This document shows positions 40,401 through 52,367 of a stretch of DNA of 64,000 nt, in pieces. The notes under the pieces are model-generated. The model had not been told where the DNA came from. It searched no databases and saw only the letters and a list, made by a program, of their open reading frames with translations. Both the position numbers and the translations under genes were made by a program. Source of the stretch: an alpha proteobacterium SCGC AAA027-L15 (GTDB lineage: Bacteria; Pseudomonadota; Alphaproteobacteria; Pelagibacterales; Pelagibacteraceae); contig AQUG01000002.1 in assembly GCA_000371865.1 (NCBI GenBank), forward strand, positions 30,527-94,526, in the 5' to 3' direction. Position 1 is the first letter of the stretch. The number at the start of each line of letters is the position of its first letter.

Positions 40401-41264
40401 ATGATTATTAATAATAGATCAACTCAAAAATATTTTTTTTGGGTAAGTGTTTTTTTAATATTACTCTTCACATTTCTTAATCCAGCAGGCACCCTAGGTG
40501 TTGAGTTTGGATTACGACTTTTAATATGGACTGTTCAAATTAGTATACTAGTTCCTACTTTTATTATTATTCACATAAAACTTCAGAAAATACAGATTTT
40601 TGATCACCTCAATGATTGGTATAAAATATTACTTTCCGGATTAATCGGATGTTTTTTCTTTCTTCCTTTTGGTCTAGCAATTGATTACGTAACTGGTCTT
40701 GATGACTGGTCAAAATTTAGAAACCTATCAGAAAGTTATACGATTGTTATTAATGAAATAGGTAGTCTTTTCCCTACAGCAATTTTAACTTGGGTGGCAA
40801 TTAATGCGCCTCGAATATTAAATTTTAATTTTTCAAAAAAAATATCACCTGTCGAACAAGTTAAGCTAATACCATCTGAGCAAACTCCAAATTATGAAAA
40901 ACAATTTGATTCTGAAAGTAAAAATGAATTTTTAGATAAATTCTCTGATAAAATTGGTACAGACATCATTTATTTAATGTCAGAGTTGCATTACATTAGA
41001 GTTGTTACGTTAAAAGGTGAAATGCTGATTTTACATAACTTAAAAGATGCAATTTCAGAACTACCAGCAGACTTAATTGGAATTCAAACACATCGTTCTT
41101 TTTGGGTGAACCTCAAATATATTGAGAAAATTATAAAGAAAAAATTGCAAAGTGTTTTGATATTATCGAATGGCAAATCTGTTCCCGTAAGTCGAAGAAG
41201 AATATCCTTAGTAAAAAATTTCTTAAGTAAAATTCTGACACATCCATCACATAGCAGGAAATAA
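40401..41264 (+). CDS. Membrane-anchored LytTR-domain transcriptional regulator
   Basis: About 4 N-terminal TM segments; C-terminal IIYLMSELHYIRVVT..G..LI...LKDAI.EL...GIQTHRSFWVN...LSNG..VPVSRR LytTR domain; no receiver domain. Confidence 0.9.
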   Translation: MIINNRSTQKYFFWVSVFLILLFTFLNPAGTLGVEFGLRLLIWTVQISILVPTFIIIHIKLQKIQIFDHLNDWYKILLSGLIGCFFFLPFGLAIDYVTGLDDWSKFRNLSESYTIVINEIGSLFPTAILTWVAINAPRILNFNFSKKISPVEQVKLIPSEQTPNYEKQFDSESKNEFLDKFSDKIGTDIIYLMSELHYIRVVTLKGEMLILHNLKDAISELPADLIGIQTHRSFWVNLKYIEKIIKKKLQSVLILSNGKSVPVSRRRISLVKNFLSKILTHPSHSRK

Positions 41265-41381
41265 ATAATTCCCCCCTACTGGTTAATTTTTGCTCAAAAT
41301 ACGGAGTTTATTGATTTAATATGAGCAAAATAATGTTTGTTTTTATATTTTAGATTATGTACTAAAATCTCTTTTACTAAT

Positions 41382-41457
41382 GCCCTAATAGCTCAATTGG
41401 TAGAGCAACTGATTTGTAATCAGTAGGTTTGCGGTTCAAGTCCGTATTAGGGCACCA
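41382..41457 (+). tRNA. tRNA-Thr (UGU)
   Basis: 76 nt; acceptor GCCCTAA/TTAGGGC, anticodon arm CTGA-TTTGTAA-TCAG, GGTTCAAGTCC T-arm, encoded CCA. Confidence 0.97.
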
Positions 41458-41460
41458 TAC

Positions 41461-41829
41461 TTATCTTTTAAACGTAGACCTCATTGCAATTCTAAAACAC
41501 ATTGTTCCTAAAAGCGCACCACCATAGACTATCAGTAAGGGATAAAAATCATGATTAGCTAGCGCTGCATACCAAGGAGCAAGAGCGAGTATGAATGGAA
41601 AAAATATTAATCCTAAAAAAGCAATTATGGGACCAAAGACTTCTTTCACTACATCAAAGCAAATAAATAAACCCCAAAACGCAGTAACTACGTAGATTAA
41701 TATTCCAACAAGAAAGAGTGGGCTTAGGCGTATTGCTTTAAATCGAGGTCTAAATGTTTCATTATTATTAATTCGTTCAGCTTCTACTTCTTTAACTTCA
41801 ATAATTTCTTTTTCTTTATTGTCAGACAA
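41461..41829 (-). CDS. Small hypothetical membrane protein (~3 TM)
   Basis: Three hydrophobic segments; TTG start 6 nt after the qor stop. Confidence 0.7.
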   Translation of the reverse strand: MSDNKEKEIIEVKEVEAERINNNETFRPRFKAIRLSPLFLVGILIYVVTAFWGLFICFDVVKEVFGPIIAFLGLIFFPFILALAPWYAALANHDFYPLLIVYGGALLGTMCFRIAMRSTFKR

Positions 41830-41835
41830 TTTTAA

Positions 41836-42810
41836 TTAAGGAATTAAAACAGCAGGGCCTGTTAATTTTCTAGCCTCTAATTCTTCATGCGCTGTAACTG
41901 CTTCTTTAAGTGCAAATTTTTTAAATATTTTAATTTTAAATTTATTTGTTTTGATTGCATCAAATACAGTGTTTGCACTGTTTACTAATTCTTCTCTAGT
42001 AACTGTATAATGAGCAATAGATGGACGTGTGAAAAACAATCCCTTGGGTGCGATATGTTTTTTAGGATCAACTTTATCAACTAACCCTGATGCATTACCA
42101 AAAGAAACCATCGTTCCACGAATTGCTAAACATTCAATAGATTCTTCAAATGTTTTAGCGCCGACACCATCGTAAACAACATCTAACATTTTACCATTTG
42201 TAATTTCTTTAACTTTTTGTGAGAAACTTTCCTTTGAATAATTAATTACAAAATCACATCCATTTTCTTTAGCAATTGCAACTTTTTCTTCTGAACCAAC
42301 TGTACCAATAACTTTACATCCTAATGATTTCGCCCACTGACATAATACTTGTCCAACGCCGCCAGCTGCCGCATGGTATAAAATAAATTGATCTTTTTTA
42401 ACTTTGTAAGCTCTATGAAGAAGATATTCAGATGTAATTCCTTTAAGCATAATACACGATGCGATTTCATCTGATATATAATCTGGAATTTTTACTATTT
42501 TTTCTTGAGGGTAAACTTGTTTTTCTGAATAGGATCCAGGAGGGGCAGCTGCATGAGCAACACGATCGCCAATTTTAAATTCTTTTACATCAGATCCAAT
42601 TTCTTCAATTACTCCAGCGGCTTCAAGTCCAATACCGTTTGGTAGAGGTAGGGGGTAGGTTCCAGATCTGTGATAAACGTCGATGTAATTTAAACCGATT
42701 GCTTTATTTTTAATTAAAACTTCATTTGGGGCTAGCTTTTTAAGCTCAACATCAACAAACTTCATTACGTTTGCATTGCCGGTTTCTGTAATTCTGATTG
42801 CTTTAACCAT
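41836..42810 (-). CDS. qor: NADPH:quinone oxidoreductase (zeta-crystallin-like MDR family)
   Basis: AIGLNYIDVYHRSG.Y, HAAAGGVG, VYDGVG, SFGNASG. Confidence 0.93.
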   Translation of the reverse strand: MVKAIRITETGNANVMKFVDVELKKLAPNEVLIKNKAIGLNYIDVYHRSGTYPLPLPNGIGLEAAGVIEEIGSDVKEFKIGDRVAHAAAPPGSYSEKQVYPQEKIVKIPDYISDEIASCIMLKGITSEYLLHRAYKVKKDQFILYHAAAGGVGQVLCQWAKSLGCKVIGTVGSEEKVAIAKENGCDFVINYSKESFSQKVKEITNGKMLDVVYDGVGAKTFEESIECLAIRGTMVSFGNASGLVDKVDPKKHIAPKGLFFTRPSIAHYTVTREELVNSANTVFDAIKTNKFKIKIFKKFALKEAVTAHEELEARKLTGPAVLIP

Positions 42811-42842
42811 TTTTATTATTATTATTAGAACATATTTTTCTT

Positions 42843-43295
42843 ATGATAAAAACAATATTTCTATCACTTTTACTTATATTTTCTTTCAATACTGTTAATG
42901 TGAGAGCAGCAGATTCTGGTCCTCCTCCAGAAGTTATAAAAAAAACAAACCCAACTTATGCTGAAGCAAAAACTTTAGTTAAAAGTAAGAAGTTTGATAA
43001 AGCAGTTGTAATGTTAGAGGAGCTATTAAAAGATAGTAAAAACTCTAGTAACCCTGATATTTTAAATGACTACGCTTATTCATTAAGAAATTTAAAACAA
43101 TACGATAAAGCTGAAAAATTTTACCTAGCGGCTCTTAAAATTAATCCAAAACATGCTGGTGCTAATGAGTATTTAGGAGAACTTTATCTTCAAACTAAAC
43201 GACCTGAAGAGGCTAAAAAAAGATTAGAAGTTCTAAAAACTTGTAATTGCGAAGAATATAAAGAATTGAAAGAAAAAATCGAAAAGTACAAATAA
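42843..43295 (+). CDS. Exported TPR-repeat protein
   Basis: Signal peptide, TPR pattern (AYSLR.L..Y.KA..FY..AL.INP.H.GANEYLGELY), C-terminal CNCEEY. Confidence 0.8.
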   Translation: MIKTIFLSLLLIFSFNTVNVRAADSGPPPEVIKKTNPTYAEAKTLVKSKKFDKAVVMLEELLKDSKNSSNPDILNDYAYSLRNLKQYDKAEKFYLAALKINPKHAGANEYLGELYLQTKRPEEAKKRLEVLKTCNCEEYKELKEKIEKYK

Positions 43296-43406
43296 TTTCC
43301 TCTTAATAACCCCTTTAAAAACAATAATTTTTACTTAAAAATCTATTCACAGTTGTGTCAAATTGAATGTTTGGTTGTTTTTATTCTTATTATATAAGAA
43401 TGGCCA

Positions 43407-43775
43407 ATGTTCTTCGAATACTTACAGAATTACTTAACTATTTTAATCTTTTTGTTCGTAGCAATTGGAATTGGAATAGCCTTCATCGTCGTTAACTTTC
43501 TGTGTGCGCCAAGTAAACCCGATGCTGAAAAATTATCAGCATATGAGTGCGGATTTGAACCTTTTGGAGACTCGCGAATGAAGTTTGATGTACGTTTTTA
43601 TTTAGTTTCTATTCTTTTTATTATTTTTGATCTTGAGGTGGCATTTCTTTTTCCTTGGGCAATTACTTTAGGTCAAATCGGTTCGTTAGGTTTTTGGTCA
43701 ATGATGCTTTTCATTGGAACGTTAACAGTTGGATTTGTTTATGAGTGGAAAAAAGGAGCTTTGGATTGGGAATGA
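43407..43775 (+). CDS. nuoA: NADH-quinone oxidoreductase subunit A
   Basis: [25 protein letters not shown]. Confidence 0.98.
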   Translation: MFFEYLQNYLTILIFLFVAIGIGIAFIVVNFLCAPSKPDAEKLSAYECGFEPFGDSRMKFDVRFYLVSILFIIFDLEVAFLFPWAITLGQIGSLGFWSMMLFIGTLTVGFVYEWKKGALDWE

Positions 43776-44290
43776 TACAAAATAAATTAGATCAAGTTCC
43801 AGAAGAATTTAAAGAGCTCGCGAAAGAGTTTACTGAAAAAGGTTTCATTACTACTTCAAGTGAGAATTTAATTAATTGGGCAAGAACAGGATCATTACAC
43901 TGGATGACGTTTGGTCTTGCATGTTGTGCGGTTGAAATGATGCAAACGTCTATGCCTCGATATGATCTTGAGCGTTTTGGAGCAGCTCCACGAGCATCAC
44001 CAAGACAATCGGATGTTATGATCGTTGCAGGAACCTTAACAAATAAAATGGCTCCAGCTCTTCGTAAAGTTTACGATCAGATGCCAGAACCACGTTACGT
44101 TATTTCAATGGGCAGCTGCGCAAATGGTGGTGGCTACTATCACTATTCTTACGCTGTTGTGAGAGGTTGCGATCGTATAGTTCCTGTTGATGTTTATGTA
44201 CCAGGTTGCCCTCCGTCTGCTGAAGCTTTGTTGTATGGAATATTACAATTACAAAAGAAGATTAGAAGAGAAGGGACGATCGAGCGATAA
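43772..44290 (+). CDS. nuoB: NADH-quinone oxidoreductase subunit B
   Basis: [25 protein letters not shown]; start moved to ATG 43772 (ATGA overlap). Confidence 0.97.
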   Translation: MIQNKLDQVPEEFKELAKEFTEKGFITTSSENLINWARTGSLHWMTFGLACCAVEMMQTSMPRYDLERFGAAPRASPRQSDVMIVAGTLTNKMAPALRKVYDQMPEPRYVISMGSCANGGGYYHYSYAVVRGCDRIVPVDVYVPGCPPSAEALLYGILQLQKKIRREGTIER

Positions 44291-44292
44291 TC

Positions 44293-44877
44293 ATGCAAAA
44301 AGTAAATCTGGATACAAATTTAAAAAGTGAATTTAAATCTTTAAATATTACTGAAAATTTTTCAGAGCCAGTTTTAGAGGTATCTACAGAGGAGTTACCA
44401 GGTTTATTAGTTTATCTAAGAGATAATAAAAATTTAAGATTTAGACAGCTCATAGATATTTTAGGTGTTGATTATCCAAAACGAGTTAACAGATTTGATG
44501 TTATCTATTTATTATTAAGTCACGAATTTAATAACCGAATTACAGTTAAGACTTCTGTAAAATTAGATGAGGCTTTACCAAGTGTGGTGCCTATTTTTCC
44601 AGTAGCTAATTGGTTTGAAAGAGAAGCTTTTGATATGTACGGGATTAAATTTACAAACCACCCAGATCTTAGAAGAATTTTAACTGACTATGAATTTGAA
44701 GGCTATCCACTTAGAAAAGACTTCCCTTTATCAGGCCACACAGAGGTTAGATATGATGATGAGCTTAAAAAAGTAGTCTATGAACCAGTAAAATTATCTC
44801 AAGCCTACAGAGATTTTGATTTTGAATCCCCATGGGAAGGCACAAAATATATTAAAAAAGAAACGGACAAAAGGTAA
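44293..44877 (+). CDS. nuoC: NADH-quinone oxidoreductase subunit C
   Basis: [27 protein letters not shown]. Confidence 0.97.
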   Translation: MQKVNLDTNLKSEFKSLNITENFSEPVLEVSTEELPGLLVYLRDNKNLRFRQLIDILGVDYPKRVNRFDVIYLLLSHEFNNRITVKTSVKLDEALPSVVPIFPVANWFEREAFDMYGIKFTNHPDLRRILTDYEFEGYPLRKDFPLSGHTEVRYDDELKKVVYEPVKLSQAYRDFDFESPWEGTKYIKKETDKR

Positions 44878-46052
44878 TGGCTAAAGAAACAAAAACCATG
44901 AATCTAAACTTTGGTCCACAGCATCCTGCTGCGCACGGAGTATTAAGATTAATTCTTGAGCTAGATGGTGAAGTTATTGAAAGAGCAGATCCACATATTG
45001 GATTGCTACATCGAGGAACAGAAAAATTAATTGAAAACAAAACTTACACTCAAGCCGTTCCTTACTTTGATAGATTAGATTACGTTGCGCCAATGAACCA
45101 AGAGCATGCATTCGCTCTTGCTATTGAAAAATTATTAGATATTAAAGTTCCACCACGTGGAAGTCATATTCGCGTGATCTTTTGTGAGATTGGAAGAATT
45201 TTAAGTCACATTTTAAATATCACAACGCAAGCACTGGATGTTGGTGCATTAACTCCTTCTCTTTGGGGATTTGAAGAGAGAGAAAAGTTAATGGTATTTT
45301 ATGAAAGAGTTTCAGGATCCCGTTTGCATGCAAACTATTTTAGACCTGGTGGAGTTCACCAAGATTTTCCGGTTGGACTTAAAGAAGATATTTTAGATTT
45401 TTGTAAAAATTTTCCAAAAGTAATTGATGATTTAGAAAATCTATTAACTGACAATAGAATTTTTAAACAAAGAAACGTTGATATTGGAATTGTAAGTCCA
45501 CAAGATGCAGTAGCACATGGTTTTTCAGGTGTAATGTTAAGAGGATCTGGAATTGCTTGGGATCTTAGAAGATCACAACCTTATGAAGGTTATGACAAAT
45601 TTAAATTCAAAATTCCAATTGGAAAAAATGGAGATTGTTACGATCGTTATCTTTGCAGAATTGAAGAGATGCGCGAGAGTACAAAAATTATAATTGAAGC
45701 AATTAAAAATCTTCCAGAAGGCCCTGTGATGACAACAGATGGAAAAGTATCACCTCCATCAAGAGCTGCTATGAAAAAATCTATGGAAGCTTTAATTCAT
45801 CACTTTAAATTATTTACCGAAGGCTATCATGTTCCAAAAGGTGAAGTGTATGCGTGTGTTGAAGCACCAAAGGGAGAGTTTGGGGTTTATTTAATTGCTG
45901 ATGGTTCTAACAAACCTTACCGTTGCAAAATTAAAGCACCAGGCTTTGCGCACTTACAAGCAATGGATTATGTGGTGAAGGGTCATATGTTAGCAGATGT
46001 GCCTGCTGTACTTGGTTCGATGGATATTGTGTTTGGAGAGATTGATCGATGA
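44877..46052 (+). CDS. nuoD: NADH-quinone oxidoreductase subunit D
   Basis: [33 protein letters not shown]. Confidence 0.98.
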   Translation: MAKETKTMNLNFGPQHPAAHGVLRLILELDGEVIERADPHIGLLHRGTEKLIENKTYTQAVPYFDRLDYVAPMNQEHAFALAIEKLLDIKVPPRGSHIRVIFCEIGRILSHILNITTQALDVGALTPSLWGFEEREKLMVFYERVSGSRLHANYFRPGGVHQDFPVGLKEDILDFCKNFPKVIDDLENLLTDNRIFKQRNVDIGIVSPQDAVAHGFSGVMLRGSGIAWDLRRSQPYEGYDKFKFKIPIGKNGDCYDRYLCRIEEMRESTKIIIEAIKNLPEGPVMTTDGKVSPPSRAAMKKSMEALIHHFKLFTEGYHVPKGEVYACVEAPKGEFGVYLIADGSNKPYRCKIKAPGFAHLQAMDYVVKGHMLADVPAVLGSMDIVFGEIDR

Positions 46053-46645
46053 GTGGAAAGCACGTTGCAAAGGATCAGCCAGCTACATTTGAGTTTAATC
46101 CTGCGAATGAAAAACGAATTCAGGAAATTTTAAAAAAATATCCACCAGAGCGTAAAAAAAGTGCAGTTATGCCACTTTTAGATCTAGCGCAAAGACAGCA
46201 TGATAATTGGATCCCTAATGCTGCGATTAAAAAAATAGGTGAGATTTTAGAAGTTCCGTACATAAAAGTTTATGAAGTTGCAACTTTCTACACGATGTAC
46301 AATTTAGCTCCAGTTGGAAAATATTTTGTACAAGTTTGCACAACATCGCCATGCATGATCAGAGGATCTGGAAAAATTGTTAACCTTTGTAAGAAACATA
46401 TTTCAGAAAAAGAAGGAAAGTTAAGCGATGATCAAAAAGCATCTTGGATTGAAGTTGAATGTTTAGGCGCATGCGTGAGCGCTCCGATGATGCAAATCAA
46501 TGATGATTTTTATGAAGATCTAACTGAAGAGACGGCTACTAAAATTTTTGAAGGAATTAAAAACGATAAAATACCAAAACCAGGATCGCAAAAAGGTCGA
46601 GTGGGCTTCGAGCCAAATAAACGATTAACATTAGTTAAAAATTAA
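46049..46645 (+). CDS. nuoE: NADH-quinone oxidoreductase subunit E
   Basis: [22 protein letters not shown]. Confidence 0.97.
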   Translation: MSGKHVAKDQPATFEFNPANEKRIQEILKKYPPERKKSAVMPLLDLAQRQHDNWIPNAAIKKIGEILEVPYIKVYEVATFYTMYNLAPVGKYFVQVCTTSPCMIRGSGKIVNLCKKHISEKEGKLSDDQKASWIEVECLGACVSAPMMQINDDFYEDLTEETATKIFEGIKNDKIPKPGSQKGRVGFEPNKRLTLVKN

Positions 46646-47920
46646 ATGCTACAGGATAAAGATAGAATATTTACAAATTTATACGGAGATTTTGGTCGAG
46701 ATATTAAATCTGCAAAAGCTCGTGGCGATTGGAAAGATACAAAAGAGATCATTGCAAAGGGCAAAGACTGGATTATTAATGAAGTTAAATTTTCTGAACT
46801 TCGTGGACGTGGTGGGGCTGGATTTCCAACAGGTATGAAATGGTCTTTTGCTCCAAAAGAAGTAAAACCAGGTCGACCTCATTACTTAGTTATTAATGCA
46901 GACGAGTCAGAGCCTGGAACTTGTAAAGATAGAGATATTTTAAGATTTGAACCGCAAAAATTAATCGAAGGATGTTTGATCGCATCATATGCTGTCAATG
47001 CTAACACTTGCTATATTTACATTCGTGGTGAGTACATTGCGGAAAGTAAAATTTTACAAGAAGCAATCGATGAAGCTTACAAAGAAGGTTTACTTGGCAA
47101 AAATGCTAGCGGCACAGGATTTGATTTAGATATTTATGTTCATCTTGGAGCAGGCGCTTACATTTGTGGAGAAGAAACTGCATTACTTGAAAGCTTAGAG
47201 GGTAACAAAGGACAGCCAAGATTAAAACCACCATTCCCAGCTTTAATAGGTCTTTATGGATGTCCAACAATTGTAAACAATGTTGAAACGATTGCAGTGG
47301 TGCCAACAATATTGAGAAGAGGTGGTAAATGGTTTGCAGGATTTGGTAGACCTAAAAATACTGGTACTAAAATTTTCTGTATTTCTGGAAACGTGAACAA
47401 TCCATGTAATGTTGAAGAAGAAATGGGAGTTCCTTTAAAAGATTTAATTGAAAAACATGCAGGTGGAGTAATTGGCGGATGGGATAATTTACAAGCAGTC
47501 ATCCCAGGTGGATCATCAATGCCATTACTTAGCAAAAGTATTTGTGAGACTATAAAAATGGACTTTGACTCTTTAGTTGAAGCTAAAAGTGGTCTTGGAA
47601 CTGCTGGAATTGTCGTAATAGATAAGTCTCAAGATATTGTTAAAGTTATAGCCAGAATTGCAAGATTTTATAAGCATGAAAGTTGCGGTCAATGTACGCC
47701 ATGCAGAGAAGGCTCTGGCTGGATGTGGAGAATGTTAGAGAGAATTGCAAAAGGGGATGCGGAAGTTGCAGAATTAGACATGCTAATGGATGTAACTAAA
47801 CAGATTGAAGGGCACACAATTTGTGCCTTTGGAGAAGGATCTTCTTGGCCAGTTCAAGGTTTATTAAGACACTTTAGAACTCAGATGGAAGAAAGATTAA
47901 CTCATAAGAAAAATATATAG
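46646..47920 (+). CDS. nuoF: NADH-quinone oxidoreductase subunit F
   Basis: [39 protein letters not shown]. Confidence 0.98.
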   Translation: MLQDKDRIFTNLYGDFGRDIKSAKARGDWKDTKEIIAKGKDWIINEVKFSELRGRGGAGFPTGMKWSFAPKEVKPGRPHYLVINADESEPGTCKDRDILRFEPQKLIEGCLIASYAVNANTCYIYIRGEYIAESKILQEAIDEAYKEGLLGKNASGTGFDLDIYVHLGAGAYICGEETALLESLEGNKGQPRLKPPFPALIGLYGCPTIVNNVETIAVVPTILRRGGKWFAGFGRPKNTGTKIFCISGNVNNPCNVEEEMGVPLKDLIEKHAGGVIGGWDNLQAVIPGGSSMPLLSKSICETIKMDFDSLVEAKSGLGTAGIVVIDKSQDIVKVIARIARFYKHESCGQCTPCREGSGWMWRMLERIAKGDAEVAELDMLMDVTKQIEGHTICAFGEGSSWPVQGLLRHFRTQMEERLTHKKNI

Positions 47921-49957
47921 ATGCCAAAAGTTAAAGTAGATGGAATTGAAGTAGAAGTGCCACAGGGCGCAACAGTGTTGCAAGCTTGTGAAGTTGCTGG
48001 AAAAGAAATTCCAAGATTTTGTTATCATGAAAGATTATCCATCGCTGGTAATTGCAGGATGTGTTTAGTCGAGATGGAAAAATCTCCAAAGCCTGTTGCA
48101 TCATGCGCAATGCCTGTAGCTGATGGACAAGTTATTTATACAAACACTGAGATGGTGAAGAAGGCAAGACAAGGTGTAATGGAATTTTTACTTATCAATC
48201 ACCCTTTAGATTGTCCAATTTGTGATCAGGGTGGTGAGTGTGATCTTCAAGATCAATCAATGAAGTATGGAGTTGATAAATCAAGATACGAATTAAATAA
48301 AAGATCAGTTAAAGAAAAATACATGGGACCGTTAATTAAAACGGTTATGACAAGATGTATTCATTGTACGCGTTGCATCCGATTTGCAGAGGAGATTGCT
48401 GGTGTACCAGAAATTGGTGCGATTAATCGTGGCGAGAATATGGAGATTACAACTTACTTAGAAAAAACTTTAGATTCAGAATTATCTGCAAACGTAATTG
48501 ATCTTTGCCCAGTTGGCGCTTTAACTTCAAAACCTTATGCCTTTGAAGCAAGACCTTGGGAGTTAACTAAAACAGAAAGCATTGATGTAATGGATGCAGT
48601 GGGTTCCAACATACGAGTAGATACCAAAGGTTGGGAAGTTAAAAGAATTTTACCAAGAATAAATGATGAGATTAATGAGGAATGGATTAGTGACAAATCT
48701 CGTTATGCTTGCGATGGTTTATTAAAAAATCGACTAGATACTCCTTTTATTAAAGTTAATGGCAAACTCCAAGCTTGTAGCTGGGACGATGCTTTTAAAT
48801 TTATCTCAGACAACACAAAAGGTTTTACAGGCGATAAAGTTTTTGGAGCTGTTGGTGATTTAGTTGATGTTGAAACCATGTATATGTTTAAGAAATTTTT
48901 CAAAGACGTTTTATCTTCAGATAATATCGATTTTAGATCTAAAAATTATTTTATCGATCCATCACATAAAGCTAATTACTTATTTAACACTTCTATTGCT
49001 CGTTTAGAGGAAGCGGATTTGATAGTTTTAGTTGGAACAAATCCAAGATTAGAAGCGACCATTTTAAATACTAGAATTAGAAAAGCTTATTTAGCTAGAA
49101 AAACTAAGGTTTATTCCATTGGTGATGTGGGTGATCTTACTTATCCGCATGAGAATGTTGGTTCATCATTTTCTGCAATTGGCGATATTTTAGCTAAAAA
49201 TGGAAAAATTTATAACAGTCTTAAGTCAGCAAAGAAGCCAGTTTTTATAATTGGTGAATCTGGACTTAGTGCAAATGGTGAATATGTTTTAGAAACTATA
49301 AAGAAGATTTTAAAAGATAACAATTTTTTAAATAATGACTGGAATGGTTTAAATATCCTACATCAAAATGCCTCAAGCGTTGGAGCGATATATTTAAACT
49401 TACTTAAATCAAATTTTTTAGACAAATTAAATAATGACACTTCAAAAGTAGTTTATCTTTTAGGTGCTGATGAAATCAAAGTTAAGCCTGTTAATAAATT
49501 TATAATTTATCAAGGAACTCACGGTGGAATAAATAGTAAAATTGCAGATGTAATTTTACCAGGTGCTGCCTATACAGAAAAACAAGGTTTGTATGTTAAT
49601 ACTGAAGGTAGAGTTCAAGATGCAAATAAAGCAAGTTTCCCTCCAGGAGATGCTAAAGAAGATTGGAAAATACTTAGAGCGTTATCTGATGTCTTTAAAA
49701 AGACAATTGATATCAACTCTCATTTAATTTTAAGAGAAAATTTATATAAAGAATATCCGATATTTAAGGAAGTAGATGAGTTACCCAAATCAGCAATCGA
49801 AAGTCTAACATTTAAAAATGTTACTTCAGTAAATGGTAATATTAAAATTGCTGATTTTGATTATTATTTTTCAAATATTATCGCAGCTTCATCAAAGACA
49901 ATGGATGAGTGTAAGAAAGCTAAACAGATTTTACAAAAGACAGGAACTGATAATTAA
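47921..49957 (+). CDS. nuoG: NADH-quinone oxidoreductase subunit G
   Basis: [38 protein letters not shown]. Confidence 0.98.
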   Translation: MPKVKVDGIEVEVPQGATVLQACEVAGKEIPRFCYHERLSIAGNCRMCLVEMEKSPKPVASCAMPVADGQVIYTNTEMVKKARQGVMEFLLINHPLDCPICDQGGECDLQDQSMKYGVDKSRYELNKRSVKEKYMGPLIKTVMTRCIHCTRCIRFAEEIAGVPEIGAINRGENMEITTYLEKTLDSELSANVIDLCPVGALTSKPYAFEARPWELTKTESIDVMDAVGSNIRVDTKGWEVKRILPRINDEINEEWISDKSRYACDGLLKNRLDTPFIKVNGKLQACSWDDAFKFISDNTKGFTGDKVFGAVGDLVDVETMYMFKKFFKDVLSSDNIDFRSKNYFIDPSHKANYLFNTSIARLEEADLIVLVGTNPRLEATILNTRIRKAYLARKTKVYSIGDVGDLTYPHENVGSSFSAIGDILAKNGKIYNSLKSAKKPVFIIGESGLSANGEYVLETIKKILKDNNFLNNDWNGLNILHQNASSVGAIYLNLLKSNFLDKLNNDTSKVVYLLGADEIKVKPVNKFIIYQGTHGGINSKIADVILPGAAYTEKQGLYVNTEGRVQDANKASFPPGDAKEDWKILRALSDVFKKTIDINSHLILRENLYKEYPIFKEVDELPKSAIESLTFKNVTSVNGNIKIADFDYYFSNIIAASSKTMDECKKAKQILQKTGTDN

Positions 49958-50958
49958 TGTTTTTAGAATATTTAAATATAGTATTGTATGATCTTTTAAA
50001 GATTGCAGCTCTTGTTGTTCCAGTTTTAATTGCTGTTGCAATGATTGTTTGGGTTGATCGAAGAGTGTGGGGCGCTGTTCAGCTTAGAAAAGGGCCTAAT
50101 GTTGTTGGACCATTTGGCTTGTTCCAAACCTTAGCAGATGCACTTAAATATATATTTAAAGAAGTTATTATTCCAATTCATGCAAATAAAGTAATTTTTA
50201 TAATTGCTCCAATTGTAACTATGTCTTTGGCACTAATTGCTTGGGCAGTTATTCCATTTAGTGAAACTTTAGTGCTTGCAAATATAAATGTTGGAATTTT
50301 ATATATCTTCGCAGTGTCTTCCCTTGGAGTGTACGGAATTATTATGGCTGGTTGGGCCTCTAACTCTAAGTATCCATTTTTAGGTGCGCTAAGATCTGCA
50401 GCTCAAATGGTATCTTATGAGGTATCCATTGGACTGATAATAATAAATGTATTGCTGTGCGCAGGTTCTTTAAATCTGGTTGATATCGTCCTTGCCCAGA
50501 AGAATATTTGGTACGCTATCCCATTATTCCCTATGTTTGTTATCTTTTTCATCTCTGCTCTAGCTGAAACAAATAGACCTCCATTTGATTTACCAGAAGC
50601 CGAGGCTGAACTTGTGGCTGGATATCAAACTGAATATTCAGGAATGATGTATGCACTATTCTGGTTAGGAGAGTATGCAAATATTTTATTATTATGTGGA
50701 CTTGGCTCTGTTTTATTTTTAGGTGGTTGGTTATCACCAATCGATGCTTATCCTTTTAATGTAATTCCATCGCCACTTTGGTTAATTTTTAAAATACTAT
50801 TTTTATTTATTTTATTTGCTTTGGTTAAAGCAATCGTGCCACGTTACCGTTATGATCAACTAATGAGATTAGGTTGGAAAGTATTTTTACCATTCTCATT
50901 ATTTTGGGTAGTATTAACGGCTTCGTTTCTATATTTTTTTAACTTATTACCAAGATGA
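49957..50958 (+). CDS. nuoH: NADH-quinone oxidoreductase subunit H
   Basis: [40 protein letters not shown]. Confidence 0.98.
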   Translation: MFLEYLNIVLYDLLKIAALVVPVLIAVAMIVWVDRRVWGAVQLRKGPNVVGPFGLFQTLADALKYIFKEVIIPIHANKVIFIIAPIVTMSLALIAWAVIPFSETLVLANINVGILYIFAVSSLGVYGIIMAGWASNSKYPFLGALRSAAQMVSYEVSIGLIIINVLLCAGSLNLVDIVLAQKNIWYAIPLFPMFVIFFISALAETNRPPFDLPEAEAELVAGYQTEYSGMMYALFWLGEYANILLLCGLGSVLFLGGWLSPIDAYPFNVIPSPLWLIFKILFLFILFALVKAIVPRYRYDQLMRLGWKVFLPFSLFWVVLTASFLYFFNLLPR

Positions 50959-51446
50959 AACTAAAATTTTCTAGAATATTAAAAATTATTTTTTTATCAG
51001 AGTTTGTTAAAGGACTTTATCTTGCTTTTATTTATATGTTTAAAAGAAGAGCAACAGTTAACTACCCGTTTGAAAAAGGTCCAATTAGTCCAAGGTTTAG
51101 AGGAGAGCATGCTTTACGAAGATACCCTGATGGTGAAGAGAGATGTATAGCTTGTAAATTATGTGAAGCAGTTTGTCCTGCTCAAGCAATTACTATCGAA
51201 GCTGAACCTAGAGAAGACGGATCTCGTAGAACAACGAGATATGATATCGATATGTTAAAATGTATTTACTGTGGATTGTGCCAAGAGTCTTGTCCAGTGG
51301 ATGCAATTGTTCAAGGGCCTAATTTTGAATTTGCAACAGAAACAAGAGAAGAGCTTTACTACAACAAAGAAAAACTTTTAGAAAACGGTGATAAGTGGGA
51401 AAAAGAATTAGCCCATAATATTAAAGTTGATAAATCATTTAGATGA
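50955..51446 (+). CDS. nuoI: NADH-quinone oxidoreductase subunit I
   Basis: [12 protein letters not shown] and [12 protein letters not shown]. Confidence 0.98.
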   Translation: MKLKFSRILKIIFLSEFVKGLYLAFIYMFKRRATVNYPFEKGPISPRFRGEHALRRYPDGEERCIACKLCEAVCPAQAITIEAEPREDGSRRTTRYDIDMLKCIYCGLCQESCPVDAIVQGPNFEFATETREELYYNKEKLLENGDKWEKELAHNIKVDKSFR

Positions 51447-52063
51447 TAGCGCACGCATTAATTTTTTATTTACTGTCTTCAATTACCATTCTTTCAAGCA
51501 TCATGGTTATTTCTTCAAAAAATACCGTGCATTCTGTTTTCTTTTTAATTTTAGCGTTTGTAAATGTTTCGTGCCTATTTATTATGATCGGTGCTGAATT
51601 CGTCGGTATGATTTTACTTATTGTTTATGTAGGAGCTGTAGCGGTGTTATTTTTATTCGTTGTGATGATGTTAGAGGGAAATTTTGTAAAAGTTAAACAA
51701 GGTTTCTTACAATATATGCCATTTGGATTTTTTATTGCTTTGGTAATACTTTTTGAATTAATTATTGTTATTGGCAGCTGGCAGTTTAGACCTGAGTTTA
51801 TTAAAACTGCAAAAATTGCATATGATGCAAAAGAAACAAACACAGTTCAGATTGGAAAATTGCTTTACACTGATTATTTCTTACCATTCCAACTTTCAGG
51901 AATAGTACTTTTAGTAGCTATGATAGGCGCTATTTTACTCACTTTTAGACGTAGAGATAATCTTAAGCGACAAGACATTTTAAAGCAGTCGTCTCGTGAG
52001 AGAGAAGATTCAATTGAGCTTGTTGATGTTGAAAGTAACAAAGGAGTAAAAGTTAATGATTGA
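51443..52063 (+). CDS. nuoJ: NADH-quinone oxidoreductase subunit J
   Basis: [26 protein letters not shown]. Confidence 0.96.
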   Translation: MIAHALIFYLLSSITILSSIMVISSKNTVHSVFFLILAFVNVSCLFIMIGAEFVGMILLIVYVGAVAVLFLFVVMMLEGNFVKVKQGFLQYMPFGFFIALVILFELIIVIGSWQFRPEFIKTAKIAYDAKETNTVQIGKLLYTDYFLPFQLSGIVLLVAMIGAILLTFRRRDNLKRQDILKQSSREREDSIELVDVESNKGVKVND

Positions 52064-52367
52064 AATTACTCTAGCTCATTACTTATTTTTATCTGCAAGC
52101 ATTTTTACCTTAGGAGTCTTTGGAATTTTCGTTAATCGTAAAAACGTAATTGTTATCTTAATGTCCATCGAATTAATTCTGCTTTCAGTCAACATTAACA
52201 TGGTTGCTTTCTCTGTTTATTTACAAAATATAACAGGGCAGATTTTTACTCTTTTTATTTTAACTGTTGCAGCAGCCGAAGCTGCAATTGGTCTTGCTAT
52301 ACTTGTAGTTTTCTTCAGAAACAGAGGATCTATCCAAGTTGAAGACATCAATTCAATGAAGGGTTAA
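52056..52367 (+). CDS. nuoK: NADH-quinone oxidoreductase subunit K
   Basis: [20 protein letters not shown]. Confidence 0.97.
   Translation: MIEITLAHYLFLSASIFTLGVFGIFVNRKNVIVILMSIELILLSVNINMVAFSVYLQNITGQIFTLFILTVAAAEAAIGLAILVVFFRNRGSIQVEDINSMKG

Noticed and set aside
38037-41309. ACTCCGT / ACGGAGT as terminal inverted repeats flanking the island
   Set aside because: Only a 7-bp exact core, no target-site duplication and no transposase.
43343-43357. DnaA-box-like CTATTCACA and CACA-GT-TGTG dyad upstream of nuoA
   Set aside because: A single mismatched box with no cluster; not enough to call an origin or operator.
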